Positions 12,237 to 25,896 of a DNA stretch of 64,000 nt are shown here, in pieces. The notes beneath the pieces are model-generated. The model had not been told where the DNA came from. It saw only the letters and a program-made list of their open reading frames with translations, and made no database searches. The DNA comes from Cystobasidiomycetes sp. EMM_F5 (Eukaryota): assembly GCA_051047955.1 (NCBI GenBank), contig JBPGPT010000015.1, forward strand, positions 124,001 to 188,000. Reading direction: 5' to 3'. The position numbers and the translations under genes were made by a program. Position 1 is the first letter of the stretch. Each line of letters opens with the position of its first letter.

Positions 12237-13022
12237 GAACCGCATCCATGGGTCGAGCAGACGGCATTACTTTCTACCTCGGGACGTCAGCCGGAGAGAC
12301 GTCTAGCGCAATCAGCCGCTAAGCTTCGACTAAATCGGCGGCAGGTACTGCTGCATATGCTCATCTCGAGCATGCCATCAGATATGCGTATGCTACACAG
12401 CGGACCTGCTCGCTGGAAGCAATCCCATAGCTTCAGCTCGAGCTGTGGTAGCATGATGCAATCAGAGCACTCCTCCAAGGACAAGTTGACCCACATCTCC
12501 GACAAGACGGGCAAGCCTACGATGGTTTCTGTGACGAGCAAGGCATCCACGACACGATCGGCAACAGCCGTTGGGCGAGTCATTATTCCGCGAGTGGCAT
12601 ATGACATGCTTGCGCAGCCTGAAGAACACAATCCAGCTGGGCAAGTGACACAATCGAAGAAGGGTGATGTGCTTATCGTAGCGCAACTAGCCGGTATCAT
12701 GGGTGCTAAGCGCACCAGTGACTTGATACCGCTCTGCCATCCTCTCAATCTAGCAAATGTTCAAGTCGACCTGGCATTGAAAAGGTCCGTGCTGCAAAAG
12801 CCGGAACCGGACAGCTGTTGGATCGAGGTCTCTTGCCTGGCTGAATGCACAGGCGCTACAGGTGTCGAAATGGAGGCCTTGACTGGTGTATCCATCGCCT
12901 GCTTGACAGTTTGGGACATGCTTAAAGCCGTGGCAGGAAAGGAGATGGCCATCGTTGATGTGAAAGTGACTGGAAAAAGCGGTGGTAAGAGCGGGGACTG
13001 GGTTCGGAGTGTGGACACTTAG
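12237..13022 (+). CDS. MOCS1: cPMP synthase (MoaC/MOCS1B) ORF, in frame behind the MoaA stop codon
   Basis: LTHI..GKPTMVSV, KKGDVL..AQLAGIMGAKRTSDLIPLCHPL, TGVEMEALTG, WDMLKAV, KSGGKSGDW; first ATG at 12357. Confidence 0.92.
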   Translation, partial: EPHPWVEQTALLSTSGRQPERRLAQSAAKLRLNRRQVLLHMLISSMPSDMRMLHSGPARWKQSHSFSSSCGSMMQSEHSSKDKLTHISDKTGKPTMVSVTSKASTTRSATAVGRVIIPRVAYDMLAQPEEHNPAGQVTQSKKGDVLIVAQLAGIMGAKRTSDLIPLCHPLNLANVQVDLALKRSVLQKPEPDSCWIEVSCLAECTGATGVEMEALTGVSIACLTVWDMLKAVAGKEMAIVDVKVTGKSGGKSGDWVRSVDT

Positions 13023-13337
13023 ATTATTGGGTCAGCGACAGGCACCTCCAACTCTGTCCATTGCATCTTACCAACTGTTACCCTGCCGCAAATTTACACC
13101 GATATCCGCTTTAGGAGACCAGTGCAATACGAAATGTTATGCATCAAACCTGCTTTATGTACCAACAAGTGACTATTACAGAGCCAGACAGCTTGAGACA
13201 ACAAGATCAATACGTCGTGAGATCATTCAATGGGGAGCCGGCCTTGAAGAGCGGTCGTGACTGTATACTGAATCGTGTCGGGCACAGCCCGCATGGGATA
13301 GCGTGCCTAGTCACCGTGAACTAGCGTCATCCTAAGA

Positions 13338-14913
13338 TCAGAGTAATTGGAGATAATTGGAAGGAACGATGCCTGTTGTGCCGTCTGCTTTACGAGCTGA
13401 AAACCATTTACCGCTGTTATCGAGAATATCGAGAAGTTCGCCCTTGATGAAGCCAATTTCATTCTATTGCCGTCAATTCAAGTCAGTAGGTCTCCATAAC
13501 CTCTCAGAGCTTGACTTTCTACATACAGGGTCATCGGGACTTGCCGTATCTGCGATGATCCGTGTATTAGTATCCACCGCGCTGACTGCAACTATACCAA
13601 TACTCACATGAATAGAGAGCTTTGGCTTTGACAACCTTCGGGCTGTCGCCGTTATTTGCGGTCTGCAGGGCGCCTGACTGCTGAGACTGAGGCATATGTG
13701 ACGAGGTTGACTGTTGTTGCTGTTGTTGCTGCATTTGCGGTTGTTGCGAGACCCTGTTACCTGCGGCCGATCCTGCTCCAGTCTGTGACGTGGGTGTTCC
13801 AAAGCCACCTTGATTGTTCATGCTACCAGCTTGACTGATACCATTCGCCTTCGAGGCTTGCCCGTTCATGTTGCCAGCACCATTGTTCCCGACATTCAGA
13901 GCAGTTTGCGATCCTCCATATGCACTTCCACCGCCCACTCCATACCCGCCGGCAGAACCATTCATCGACGTTGGTGCGCCGACATGATTCTGATGGTGTG
14001 AACTATGTGAATGCAGATCCGCTGCAGAATTGCCAATACCAAGAGCTGACGAGGTACGACGCGATTGCCGCATCGATCTGGCACGCCCGGGCGCACCTCC
14101 GGCATATGATGAGAATACAGTTGCTAAGCGCGTTTCATCATCAGCAGTAATGAAGAGCAGCCACAGGATCTGCCAAGAGTAAACTTTAGCTCTCACGGCT
14201 TGTAATGTATGGCCGTAACGCACATCAGTCATCGATAGCAACAGCCAGCCAGCGCCAATGGCTGTTTGGTAAGATAGGGATGAAAATATGCCAATGTTCG
14301 TGCCAATGACCGCAAACACAGTCGCGACTGTGAGTAATGCCGTGATCTGCAAAACAAGTGGGGATAGTTTGCTTATATCAGAAGACCGATAATCAAGTCG
14401 GATAGGCTGCGCGTACTTGAAACCGATACATTTCCAGCTCGCCGGCTGCAAGAACGAGAAGCAGGTATATTATGACCGCTAGTTGTAGAAATATGCCTGT
14501 GGAGCCATCATTACGCGCGATAAGCGATTCTGCCAGGCTTCCTAGATGACTGTTTCGTTCTGCAAAAACTCACCAAACCACGCAACGCCTACGGAGCTAC
14601 CTTTCCCTTTCGCTTCAGAAAACTTCATCTCGGAGATAATTTGCGCAATGAAGGCCGTCCACCACGCCGCGATGCTATTGGTAAGCGGGTCGTCAACACT
14701 TGTACACAACGGAATTAGCAGTCTGAAACGTACGCGACGACGAATGTCACGACGACCGGTACATTGGTGATTCTAAATACGAACAAAGACTCAATCAGTG
14801 TCGTAACGATTCCACTTTCAAGCCACTGCCTTGACGCGGTAGCCGTCTCGTTCATGCTGGCTGACTTACATGCCACCGAAATCAAAACCGCCAGCTCCAC
14901 GCCTCCTAGCCAT
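13338..14913 (-). CDS. SHO1: High-osmolarity signalling membrane protein Sho1 (multi-exon)
   Basis: Four hydrophobic segments ([36 protein letters not shown]) and a C-terminal SH3 ([38 protein letters not shown]). Confidence 0.93.
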
Positions 14914-15264
14914 TATGGACGAGTCGTATGCCCGTATTCGACTATGCTAGCCGTGCTCTGCTCAGCTTGACCTGGTTTACAGTCGTTCTCGGATCTTGTT
15001 TGGCGCGTCTCTCGGCCAGCAATGCAAAGACGAGTGCGCGTTCGTTCAGGTTGTCTTTGCAGCAACAGCTCCCAGCTTTGGCGTCACTCAGCCTATGTCG
15101 CTTTCAGATGTCAGTGGTGCGGTGGGCAGATTCGCAAGTTGGCATTCAGCGAAGCTTCGATGGGCAATAGACACAGGCTGTGCTGCGGAGCAAAGCTTTC
15201 GCGACAATGTAGCGCGACGATAAGACTGCATTATTGCCATTGTCCATTCTATAGTGTGTGATCC

Positions 15265-18200
15265 TTACGCATCCCGTTCTAGAAGGGTGCGGATCGCTCG
15301 CATGACAGGGTTGTTCTGACTATTCTGCCGGCCATTATCAGGATTGTCAATCATGCCAGCTAATTCGACATCAAGCAGGCGTCTGATGCAATACAGTGCG
15401 TAAGTCTTCCAGTGCTCAAGGTGACAAAGTGTCTAACCGTGTGCTCACCTCAGCTCGTTAACCAGCACTGACGTGCGGGGCGGCGCCCGAAGCCGGATTG
15501 TCCCATCATTGATAGACAGTCCACCCTTGAGTGCATCCGCCTTCATGTTGCGACCAAACATAAGTAGAGCTGACAGGGGCAACTATAGCCATGTGTTAGC
15601 TGTACCTCAGAATTGATGGAACAGATGGACAAACCTCAGTCGCATCACGCAAGAAAGGCTTCGAGGTAACGCTCTTATTAAAGTATGTCAGATAGCCATT
15701 CTGAAGCTTCGGCTCGTGGAACAATACGGATGCAGGATGAATGAAGACTCTCCCATCATCGTCAAAGAAGCGGACCTCTTTCGCTTCGTGATCGATTTGA
15801 GTCGAACCGGTGATGGTACTTTCGAAGCGGCTCTGAGGTAGCTTGACACGAACAGCTCGAGCTGTGCCCGCGTATATGATAGCTTTGATCATGTTCATCT
15901 GACTGTCGCCTTCGATTGGCTTCGGCAAGGGCGACACCTCCACCGTAAAGCCGGCACTCCTCAACGCCGAGATGTAGTCTGTGCGAAGCGAGATAATGTC
16001 ACGAACCGCACTGGAGCTGATGAAATGGTCTTCGCAGAACATCCGCAGCTTTCCGGGCTGGTGGTAGACACGTGCGGCAGCATCCATTGCAGCAAGATCG
16101 GTAAGCAGATCCGAATTGGAGCGGGTAAATAATGTCCTTGCCGCAGTAGCTTCGTCACGTTTCTCCATTGGAGACGTGAATATAGGTTTCGACGACAGGC
16201 TCGCGCACAGTGTCAAAACGGGATCCAGACATCCGAAGATGTAGGCCAGAATCAGCATCTGCATTATTTACGAGCAAGGTAAGAGAGCTGGATACAGCGA
16301 CATTGGATGCTTCACTTACCTTCCCGAGACGTAAATCAAGCGGTAAAAGGGCAAGATTATGTCCAAGAGGTGTCAGTCTCGCCATCCGAGGATCACCGCT
16401 TACTAGAGCACCAAGTCGTTCAAGCACACTCAGAGCATCTTCGATAGCAAGAGTGCTAGGAGCATCCAGCGCTCCCCCCAGGAACGCTGCAACATCCTGC
16501 TCGCCTCGTATCGCCTTGACTTGCAAGAGCAGCGACGCTAGGGGCGTGCGAAGAATTTCTGGCTGGGAATGGGCAGGGAGGCGTGCCTCTTGCCATTGCG
16601 TGTACAACTTCCAACACTGTCCAGGCTTCGTCCGTCCCGATCGACCTCTACGCTGTCGGGAGCCGGCAAGACTGTTCCAGTCTTCGACAAGCCGCTGTAA
16701 TCCAGCAACTGCATCGTATCGCGTCTCCTTGACGCGTCCGCAATCAATCACGTAGACGACATCGTCGATCGTGATGGAAGTTTCGGCAACATTCGTAGCC
16801 ACAATCACCTTGCGCCGCTGAGTTGATCTAAAAACGCGGGACTGATCCGAGCTCGATAGGTTGGCGTGAAGCGGCATAATATCACAGGCGTCCCTTGATA
16901 TGACTTTTTCGATTGCACTAATACTCTGAGTGATTTCAGCGACACCTGTGTACCGCACCAATGTAGTCAGCCAAAGCAACAACATTGCAAATGTACGAAT
17001 TTCTGACTTACCGGTAACAAAAATAAGTATGGCTTCACGAGGGCTGGACTTGCCGATTATGTGTTTTACAGTTGCTGCGATCAGGTCGTAATCTATTCGT
17101 TCAGCGCGAGCAAGCATTGTAAGAGTACTAATGGCTTCCGGTGCAGTTATGCCTTGCGAGATGAATGAGGATCGGATCTCGTCATTCTCGTCCTGCGTGT
17201 ATGTACGTGATGCCTTGATTGACGGAGCCTTGTAATTGGTTGCACTGATGATATCCTCGAGGTAGAAGTCTTCGATAGGAAAAGTACGTCCCGGTATGTC
17301 GATACAGGGCGCACCGCCAAAATAGGCCGCAAACCGCTCCGAGTCTGCGGTCGCACTCATCTGCAGGTCCCGTCAGCAAATGGTTCTTGTAACGAGAGAA
17401 TGTGTCCGCCTACCAATATAACCTTGATTCGCTTGTTGCGGTGTAACACTTCCTTCAGCATAAGAAGGAGAAAATCGCTATCCAAAGATCTCTCGTGGAC
17501 CTCATCGACGAACACATGGGATACGCCAAGTAATTCCGGATCGCCTCCTCTTGATAATCTTTGGAGTACTGCATTGGAAAGTTAGATTGTCGTACATGTT
17601 TGCATATAATATTCCGTAGACAGACTTACAAACACCAGTCGTACAAAAGAGTAATCGGCAGTCAGGAGAAGCCTTTCTTTCGCCGCGTATGGCATATCCA
17701 ATGAGACCTTTGCCGACCTTCTCTGCGTGTTCGTCGGCAACACGGTTGGCAACGCCAATGGCTGAAATGCGGCGCGGTTGTGTACAGATCAGCGATGCAT
17801 CAGCGCCTGCACCAGACAGTATTGCATTTTCAAGTATGTACGCAGGCACTTGTGTAGTCTTGCCAGAGCCAGTTGCACCTGAGACGACTACAACGCGACT
17901 ACCTTGTATTGTAGCCACGAGTTTATCCTTCGCTTGCCAGGCAGGAAGACTTTTCCGCTTTGCAAGCATACTTTGATATTCTGCGCAGGACTGTAGATCG
18001 ACGTATGCTTTCTTCACAGCTGAATGGTCTGCTCCCGTTGCCGGCGCTCTTGGCCGCACAGGCCGCGCTTTCGGTTGGGCTTTGGCCGAAATAGTAAGAC
18101 TGGTGATCTGCCCGACCAAGCTTGCATCTTCATCGTCAAATAGATGCTTCAAGATTTGGGATGAGGGCGGCGGATTTCGTAATTGCTCTGCAACATTCTC

Positions 18201-20054
18201 TTGAAGGTAATTGACCATTTCGTATATAATGCCGCCTTCGCCAGACTTCAGAATGTCAAGCCAATCTGCATTAGCAGGATCTCGCATCCGCTCCAAGAGA
18301 AGGGATAGCAGGTGCAGCCGGAGATATGGTGGCACTGCAGCATTTTCCGACGCGATGTAAAAGACAGGAATACCGGGAGCGCTATTTGGCCTATTTGCTT
18401 TCGAGGGATACGGGGAGGATGGTGATAGTAGTACGCGCAGGAAAATGCCATGTTGTGTCACTCCAGGACCCAGAACATGGATTTCGATGACGCTGCCGCT
18501 TTTATCGACAGCTTTTAGGCGGCAAGCGTCACCGAGCATGCTGTTCAAAGCCTCCACTTCTGTTGCACGTCGGCTTTGGATATCCGACAACTCAGCTTCG
18601 CTGTATGACGCCGCACTAAGTGTGCTATGTCCGCTCCATCCTTCGTCCTTCCATCCGACTAGCCTGCGACTAGCTATGGTGAGAGTCAAAGCTTCGTCGC
18701 CGCGACCTTGCCGGATAGCGTCCTCAAGGACGGCTATTGGAAACCCGGCTTCCTTTGACATACGCTCAACAAGCCACGTATCCGCCAGAGACAATGGCTC
18801 ATTCGCGATCGGAACAGGGGTTGATGTCCCACTACGCCCCGATAATGGCGTAGTATTAGCAGAACTAGTTATCCCGCCCTTACGGGCAATACGGATAGCT
18901 GCATCTGGTCTCCCTTGAAACCCGTGTCCGTTCACCGGCAGCTCTTCTTCAGCAAGCGTGATTTGCAGATACTGCAGGACAGTCTCTTTCAGCGCTGCGG
19001 CAGGGTTTGATGTTTGAAGCGCCGTAGCTGATAGTGGCTCCAGGAGGGGATCGACATCGGAAGAGGTGGAGCTTATGTAGTCTAAAGCTCTGTTGACGTG
19101 TCCTTCCCTGTATCCGATGGCTATCAGATCTTGCAGCAATGCTTTCCGCATTGGCACGTCAGGGACGAATGGCGGCGCCTGATCCGAATCAGATGAATAT
19201 GGTTCGGGTGGGTATAAGGCTCTCATCTGTCTTATCGTGTCCTGCATCATTTTTCGAATGTCTTGGCCGAGCTTGACTTCCGGCCAGCTCTTGTTAGCTT
19301 CCGCAGTTGGATTAACCTGGCCGTTCAGTGCACCATTTGCGGCTTGTTCGGCAGCGGCTGTTCTACTTGCTTGCGCGGCTTTCTTGCTTGCATCCTTTGC
19401 TGCTTGAGCGGCAAAGGGATCCTCAGCATACAGGAACGCGGCTTCTTTCGGTTGTGCAGCCTTCTTCTCAGCTTGCAGCGCTGTCCAGTATTCACGACAT
19501 TGCGGAGGTAGGATCATGCCAAGTTGCAGTCCGGACGCGAAACGGTGCAGCGCGTAAACACTTGCCCAGTGTTTCGCTTCAAGGGATGTCGGCTTGTCTA
19601 TAAATTCAGGTGAGTCGGGAGCTGTCGACGGACGGAAAGTGACAGTCTCTGCTCCGTTCTTTGGGTCGATCCGCGTCAGCCGCACGACGCACGAGTAGCC
19701 CGCAACGTTCTTGAAAGGCTGCACGTCTGGCTTTTGCCACCCATTCTTTTGACATCGTTCGTTCAGCAAGGATAGTGGAGTCTTGTAGCCTGGGCACCTT
19801 TGATTAGCTATTGACATGGAATGTCTGACATCGAGTCAGGTCTTACCAACAGGGAACAAGGGCGGCGGACGGCCATCATCAACTACTGCTTTTACGGCGG
19901 TCGATGATGCAGAATTGCCCGAATTACCAGACTTGACAATCCTTGCTCGCGGTCCTTTATTAGCGGTCTTGACAGAAGCAAAGGGGTTATCTTCGTTGAC
20001 TGGTGTGGCTTTCGGAGCCGAGGAGCTGGAGTTTGTTTGCTTCTGCTTGCCCAT
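15265..20054 (-). CDS. DEAH-box RNA helicase, DHX57/Ucp12/YLR419W-like (dsRBD-like, RWD-like, helicase, HA2, OB)
   Basis: GATGSGKTTQVP, CTQPRRISA, VDEVHER, MSAT, ATNVAETSITIDD, QRRGRSGR, HA2 LTPLGHNLALLPLDLRLGK. Confidence 0.92.
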
Positions 20055-20250
20055 GATGGATGCGTGATTATGGGATGCGATGAAGGGATTCAGCAATGCA
20101 GATACGGACGGATAGTGAGCGTGAGAGTTCTACAAAGCGTCAGGCAGTCATCAGTATGAGTTTGCACAGAGTATGACTGACGGCATCCTTACGCTTGATC
20201 ACATTGAGCTTGCAGGCTGCCTCTACGCCGACACACACTGCAACACCATC

Positions 20251-21568
20251 ATGGTCCGAGGCGAGATAGTGACGAGCATCACTGCAGTATCGCGGCCCAG
20301 CAAGGAGAAGAAGAAGGGTGTCCGTACCCAAGCCGCAGCTGCAAAGGCCGGTCAGCTGTCGCGGACTCAGCGTCGCAAGGAGAGAAAGCGGTCAAAGGTG
20401 TGCACATAGCTCGATGCGGAGTGTATACTCGTAAGCAGGATGCTGATGGAGTCGCGGTGTGCCAGGCCTCGCTCTTCTCGCAATGGTGCTGGTACTGCGA
20501 TAAAACCTATCTCGACGCAAAGGGTGTGTTGGTCAGCTCAGCCAGTGAGGCAGAGAGCGCAATCTGACGAGTGTGAATTGTTCGAATGGCAGTCCTGCTA
20601 CAACACCAAAAAGCAAAGCACTTCAGATGTCCACACTGTCCTCGGCGGCTCAATACCGCTGGCGGTCTGGCGGTTCACATCGACCAGGTGCACAAGCTGC
20701 CAGTGGACCGGTCAGTAGTCTTGGCTCAATCAGGGCTGCCAGGTATAGGCATGCTAACCTGCTGTTGGACAGCCTGGAAAACACGCTGCCCGGTCGAGAT
20801 TCGTTTGATATCGAAATCTACGGTATGGAAGGTATACCAAAGGATGACCTGGCAGAGTGGAAGCGAGCAAGGGAGACGGAGCTCGGTTTGGTCAATGAAA
20901 AGCCAAAACGAGCGAAATACTTCAAGGGCGTCGTTCCGATGGAAGAGATGGCAAAGCAACTAGCGATACATCGACAGCTGATGCGCAATTCGGCTGCCGG
21001 CGGTGTCGGCTTGAGGCCTCCTGGCGCGCTTCCGCTTACTCTACCGGGTGGTATACCCCTTCCTCCTGGATTCCCGCTACCTCCAGGGTGAGCCGGTTGC
21101 TCTACAATCTCAGATTAGGGCTATCCACTGACGACACCATCTCTACACAGCTTGCTCCCTCCCCCCGGCTTCGCATCACCAGCTCCTGGTCTACCTATAC
21201 CTGGCATCTCGCCTGGACCGGCGGCGCCGTACGTCATCCCAACGTCGAGGACAGAAATGAAGGGTGGAGGAGTGCTGGTGTATGGCGACAATGACGAGTC
21301 TGTAGAGGAGAAGCGTGCCAAGAATCCCAAATACGCTCGGCAAATCGTTCCAACCCCAACTCCATCTCAGATACCTGCACCGATGACCATGCCAATGTCA
21401 GGGTTCCCGCTTGCGCAAGCAATGCCCCCATCCCAGATCACTCCGGCTCCTGCAGCGGCGGCGGCATTCGCCCCGCTTCAACAACCAATTCCTCCGCAGA
21501 CATATGACGCGGCCACATTGGAACCAATCGCTGGCCAAAAGAGAGCTCGGGCAGCAGACTTTATCTAG
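20251..21568 (+). CDS. C2H2 zinc-finger protein, ZNF207/BuGZ-like (multi-exon)
   Basis: WCWYCDK..VLLQHQKAKHFRCPHCPRRLNTAGGLAVHIDQVH, DIEIYGMEGIP, GLEBS-like LVYGDNDESVEEKRA, Pro-rich linker. Confidence 0.9.
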
Positions 21569-21825
21569 GGGGATGTGGACAGTCTTACGGCAAGGTAGGA
21601 AGAAGCTCTGAGTCTGATTGTATGCTGTGTAGTAATCCAGATTACAAATGGATCGATGAGCCCAAAAGTGACTAGAGTCAAAGTGATCTGCCCGATTTTG
21701 TTCCACTTTTCACGCTCAAATTGTGATGATGTAAACGCGACGTGACCAAACAAGATGCACGGGTCTGCTAGACTGCAACAAGCACGAATGGACCAGCGAC
21801 AACGAGCACGACGCGAGCAGCTGTT

Positions 21826-24411
21826 ATGAGCGTCGAGGGCAGCGGTAGCGGGAATGCGAGTGGGCGACCGTCTGGCCGGGCAACGACAGTTCCGGATCCC
21901 AAGACTGGGACGAGACTGGTAAACGATCCTTCAGTCTCCGCATCACGAAAGAAGACACCTCGAAGCTCGTCACGGTCTTCAGCCTCGTCCTCGCCGTCCG
22001 GAAGAGCCAGTCGGAAAGCGCACAGCGCATCGTCCTTGTCGGCCCTGCTCGAGCCGTTCAATCGATCCAAGAATGGCGGCAGAATACCGTCGTCATCCAG
22101 GGTTGGAGCAGATATATCGGTGCAAAAGACGGCAAACCAGATTGGCCTCCTCGAATCGTGGAAGTACCTGCCCTTTCTCGCCCATCAAGGCAAGTGTTTA
22201 TTTATTTGCTGGCGTCATAACCGAGCTCGGTCAATGGTCGCCTCAGCAGACGAGGATATCGCACACTGACTTGTGTCTGTACAATGTACACAGCAACCGC
22301 TCTGACATCTGCATTCGTCTCACACCATGTCTTTGGACCGCCAAAGAAGAGCTGGGGAATCGAGCTTACGTTGTTTACAACGGCAGTTCGAGAGAGCGCG
22401 CAGTTCTCGCACTTGTCCTCCCTGGGCATGCTGAGAGGCTTTCTCAACCTTGGTCGGATCTTACCCACGCCCGCCGACGGTGTCGTAACGCCAGTCACAT
22501 TCAAAGTGCGACAACGCGGCCTCACAGGGTTACTGAGGGAAGCCGATGAGCGAGAGGACGGCACGCGTGAGATCACAGGAGAGTGGGTAGTGAGCAAGCG
22601 CATGTGGAGGCGTATGCAGCAAGATCACTTTGGCACTTCTTCCCGCAGTCGATCTTCCACAAGACAACCCCGACCGGACCATCAACAACCATCGTCTCAT
22701 CATTTTTCAAAAGACAAGGTTGTTCTGTACCTGCATGGCGGAGCATACTATGTCATGTCTGCAGCCACACATCGGTACATTACTATCAGCGTGTCGAAAT
22801 ATACCGACTGTCGCGTATTTGCTGTAAACTATCGCTTGGCGCCGGAATGTCGCTGGCCAGGCCAGATACACGATGCAGTATCAGCATACCTCCGCCTCAC
22901 GCGTGATCTCAAGATTCCACCTCAGAATATCATTATTGCTGGCGACTCGGCTGGAGGCGGTCTCACTCTTGCTTTATTGATGTATCTACGAGATAATGGC
23001 TTCGATCTACCATGCGGTACTATCCTCATGAGTCCTTGGGTCGATCTCACTATGTCTTGTGACTCGTGGGAGACCAACGCGGTGAGCATGGCTTGCCTCA
23101 AACAAATCGTACGCTCGCTGAGCGTGGCCAACAGCACTTCGATTATCTTCGCATGCCATCGGGCGATGACCACATGAACCCAATCGCGGCCTATCTAGGC
23201 GCAGCAAATGTAAAAACACTAGTGACCCACCCATACGTCTCGCCATTGTTTGGCGACTTTCGAGGGCTTCCACCTTTGCTCATCCAGTGCGGAGATGCAG
23301 AATGCCTGCGGGACGAAGGAACTCTACTTGCGCATAAAGCGTCACTGGCTGGCGTGCAGGTCTTCCACGAGGTATATGAAGACTGTCCACATGGTAAGTA
23401 GCATGATTGGGTGCTTTGCAAGGAGACATGCTGAGCCTCCCACTCGTCATGACTGCAGTCTTTCAAGCGCTCTTCTTTCTCGAAGCAAGCAAAAAGGCGT
23501 TCCGCTCACATCGACACTTTGTCAAGCGGATACTTCCTACCCTCGCGCGCAGCACTACGATGGATGTTGATGAGCTGGACGAAGAAGTAATGCGAGACGC
23601 GCATGCCATCAAGAAGGACGGTACGGCTGACGAGGCGGCGCTGGATGCGAGTCCGGAACAGTATTCTGCGTCACTCGAAAATGATGACGAGGAAGAGGAC
23701 GATGACGGCGATGACGAAAACGGTCGTGTCAGTCCGGATGCCGATGCGAATAACGATGGGCATGAAGGGCTGGGTAACGAAGGGTACGGTACGTTGGCGA
23801 ACACCGCGACTCGAGCCGTAGGTGACATGATACATGCCGCTACGAGCGTGTCACCGCAAACACATCACAACCTCGATACGCTAAACGAAGAGCAGAACGA
23901 GCATGTCGACGCGCTGCGGGAAGAAGAGGCCCAGTCAAATCAGACCGTAGGGCGACCTACCATTGATACATCAAGTCATATCCCAGGAGCAAGTGCACCG
24001 TTAATGATTCACTCTCCCCCGAGTCAGAAGAGCCGGCATCGATCTATCTCATCTCTCACCCTTACGCCATCCACTTCTCCGAAACAGAGTACTGCTCCGA
24101 GCCTGCGGCCTACACACTCGCGACAAACTTCTCGAGACTCGTTCTTGTCTTCTGTCCTTTCTCCGTTCAAGCCGGCAACATCTCCGTTACCCTCGTCTGC
24201 CCAGACATCGCCTACGATAAATCGACCCGGCCTTGTTGATGGCGATTTACAACGACCGGGATACTTTAAGCGGGATTCCCGTCCGCGAGCGAGGTCCGGC
24301 TCTCATCCAGACTTGCAAGCTCTGATTGATAGTTATGATGCGCATCCGTCGCAACATACGATAGTGTGGCATGGAGGAAGTGGGGAGAGCGAGGGAGAAG
24401 GGCCAAACTGA
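21826..24411 (+). CDS. Alpha/beta hydrolase fold-3 (HSL-family) lipase/esterase with disordered termini
   Basis: LYLHGGAY, NYRLAPE, AGDSAGG, SPWVDL, PPLLIQCGDAECLRDE, HVFQ. Confidence 0.9.
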
Positions 24412-25896
24412 GCGTAGCGGTGGGCGGGGGTTAGTTTATCGCACATCTCGCGATCTAGTAGTAATGAGGTGTTGGGTCTCTATATCGCTCTGTAACATAC
24501 TCTGCATGTTGCGTCGTTGCCTGCCAGGAATCTATTTTTCCGGCTTCCAAAATCAAAAGGAGATTGTAAAAGCTTTCTGCCTCTCTGACGTGTCCTCCGT
24601 ATACGTAGTGCTCACCTTGCTCAAGTATCGTGCCAGCTGACCGAGCTGTGATGATGAGTTTCCGATCTCCCCTCTTTCGGACCGAACGGGGCGCTCGGGC
24701 TTTGCGGATTTAAAAGCGAGGCCGGCATGCGTCGTGGATACGGGTCATCGGTCAAACTATGTGAGACTACAATTATTTTGCGAGGCTCATGTCGACCCTT
24801 TTCTTGCTGCTCTCCTCCCCTACATCTATCCCTTTCATGACCCTGCTCGCTGACGCAACTTTGGACCAGCTTGCATGAAACTGCCGCTGCGTGACCTGTC
24901 AGCAAGAAGCAGTCAGCGTACTCTTTTTCGGGTGACCGGTCAGCGAGTTGCGGACTCTGGACGCCGAATGCAGCTTCACATCTGAACAAAGTAGACGACA
25001 TCATCCACCTCTGCTGGTCTCCGTCTTGGTTTGAATTGGACTTCGCCCCTGCCACTTTGTTTTGCGTGATCTCGCGTAAACACGACCAGCCCCGGAGGCT
25101 GCACGCAAGGGCTGGCAGAGAAAAGGCTGGCTCTCTCGACGTTTATAATCTCGCAAGTGGAGGATATCATGTTTTGATCCTGTTCTCACAGCAGCCCTGC
25201 GTTTTGTGCAACCTTTGTGCACAAAACTCGGTCATCCTGCAAACTCGACCCACAAACCCATCAAGCAAGTATGGATCTCGTACAGAGTACTGGACTTGCA
25301 GTAGGCATACTCTTCTGCCACGCCGTCGTCGGTACGCACAATGGCAGATGGGCTGCATGGGAGGTATTCAAACTGCAGTGTGGGTCTCGTATTCCCTTGC
25401 CACCTGGTCCCGGTCATGCTAATTTCGTCCAACAGACACGTACGTCTCGTTTGTCCTGTCCATCTTTGCTCTTCTTGTTCCTGGCCATTGGACTCGCGCA
25501 ATCCATCAACGCTTCTATCCCAGACAAGCAAAGCCGGACTCGCCTGCTCGCCGAAGACGCGCCAAAGCCCGTCCTCAATCTCTCCCTCCTCCTGCCTCTC
25601 CCACTACCGACTCGGACCCTCTATCACCTCGCCCCAATAGCGCTCTGGGTATCGCTCAAGGTGTCCCAGCCATTCTCGACAAGGTTGTATCGGCTACTGG
25701 CACCCGCAACGTTACTGAAGAAGTAATTGAACGCATACGCTGTCCCGCCAAATTTTGTGGTCATACTACTCCTCCGTCACCGACACCTACTCCGACTCCA
25801 GTCGATACTCCTCTCTCCTCTGCATCAGCATCGAGTCCCATATCTGCTCACGCCCTCACTACGGCTCTCAAGAAGGTCTCGTCTCCCTTTTCTGGC

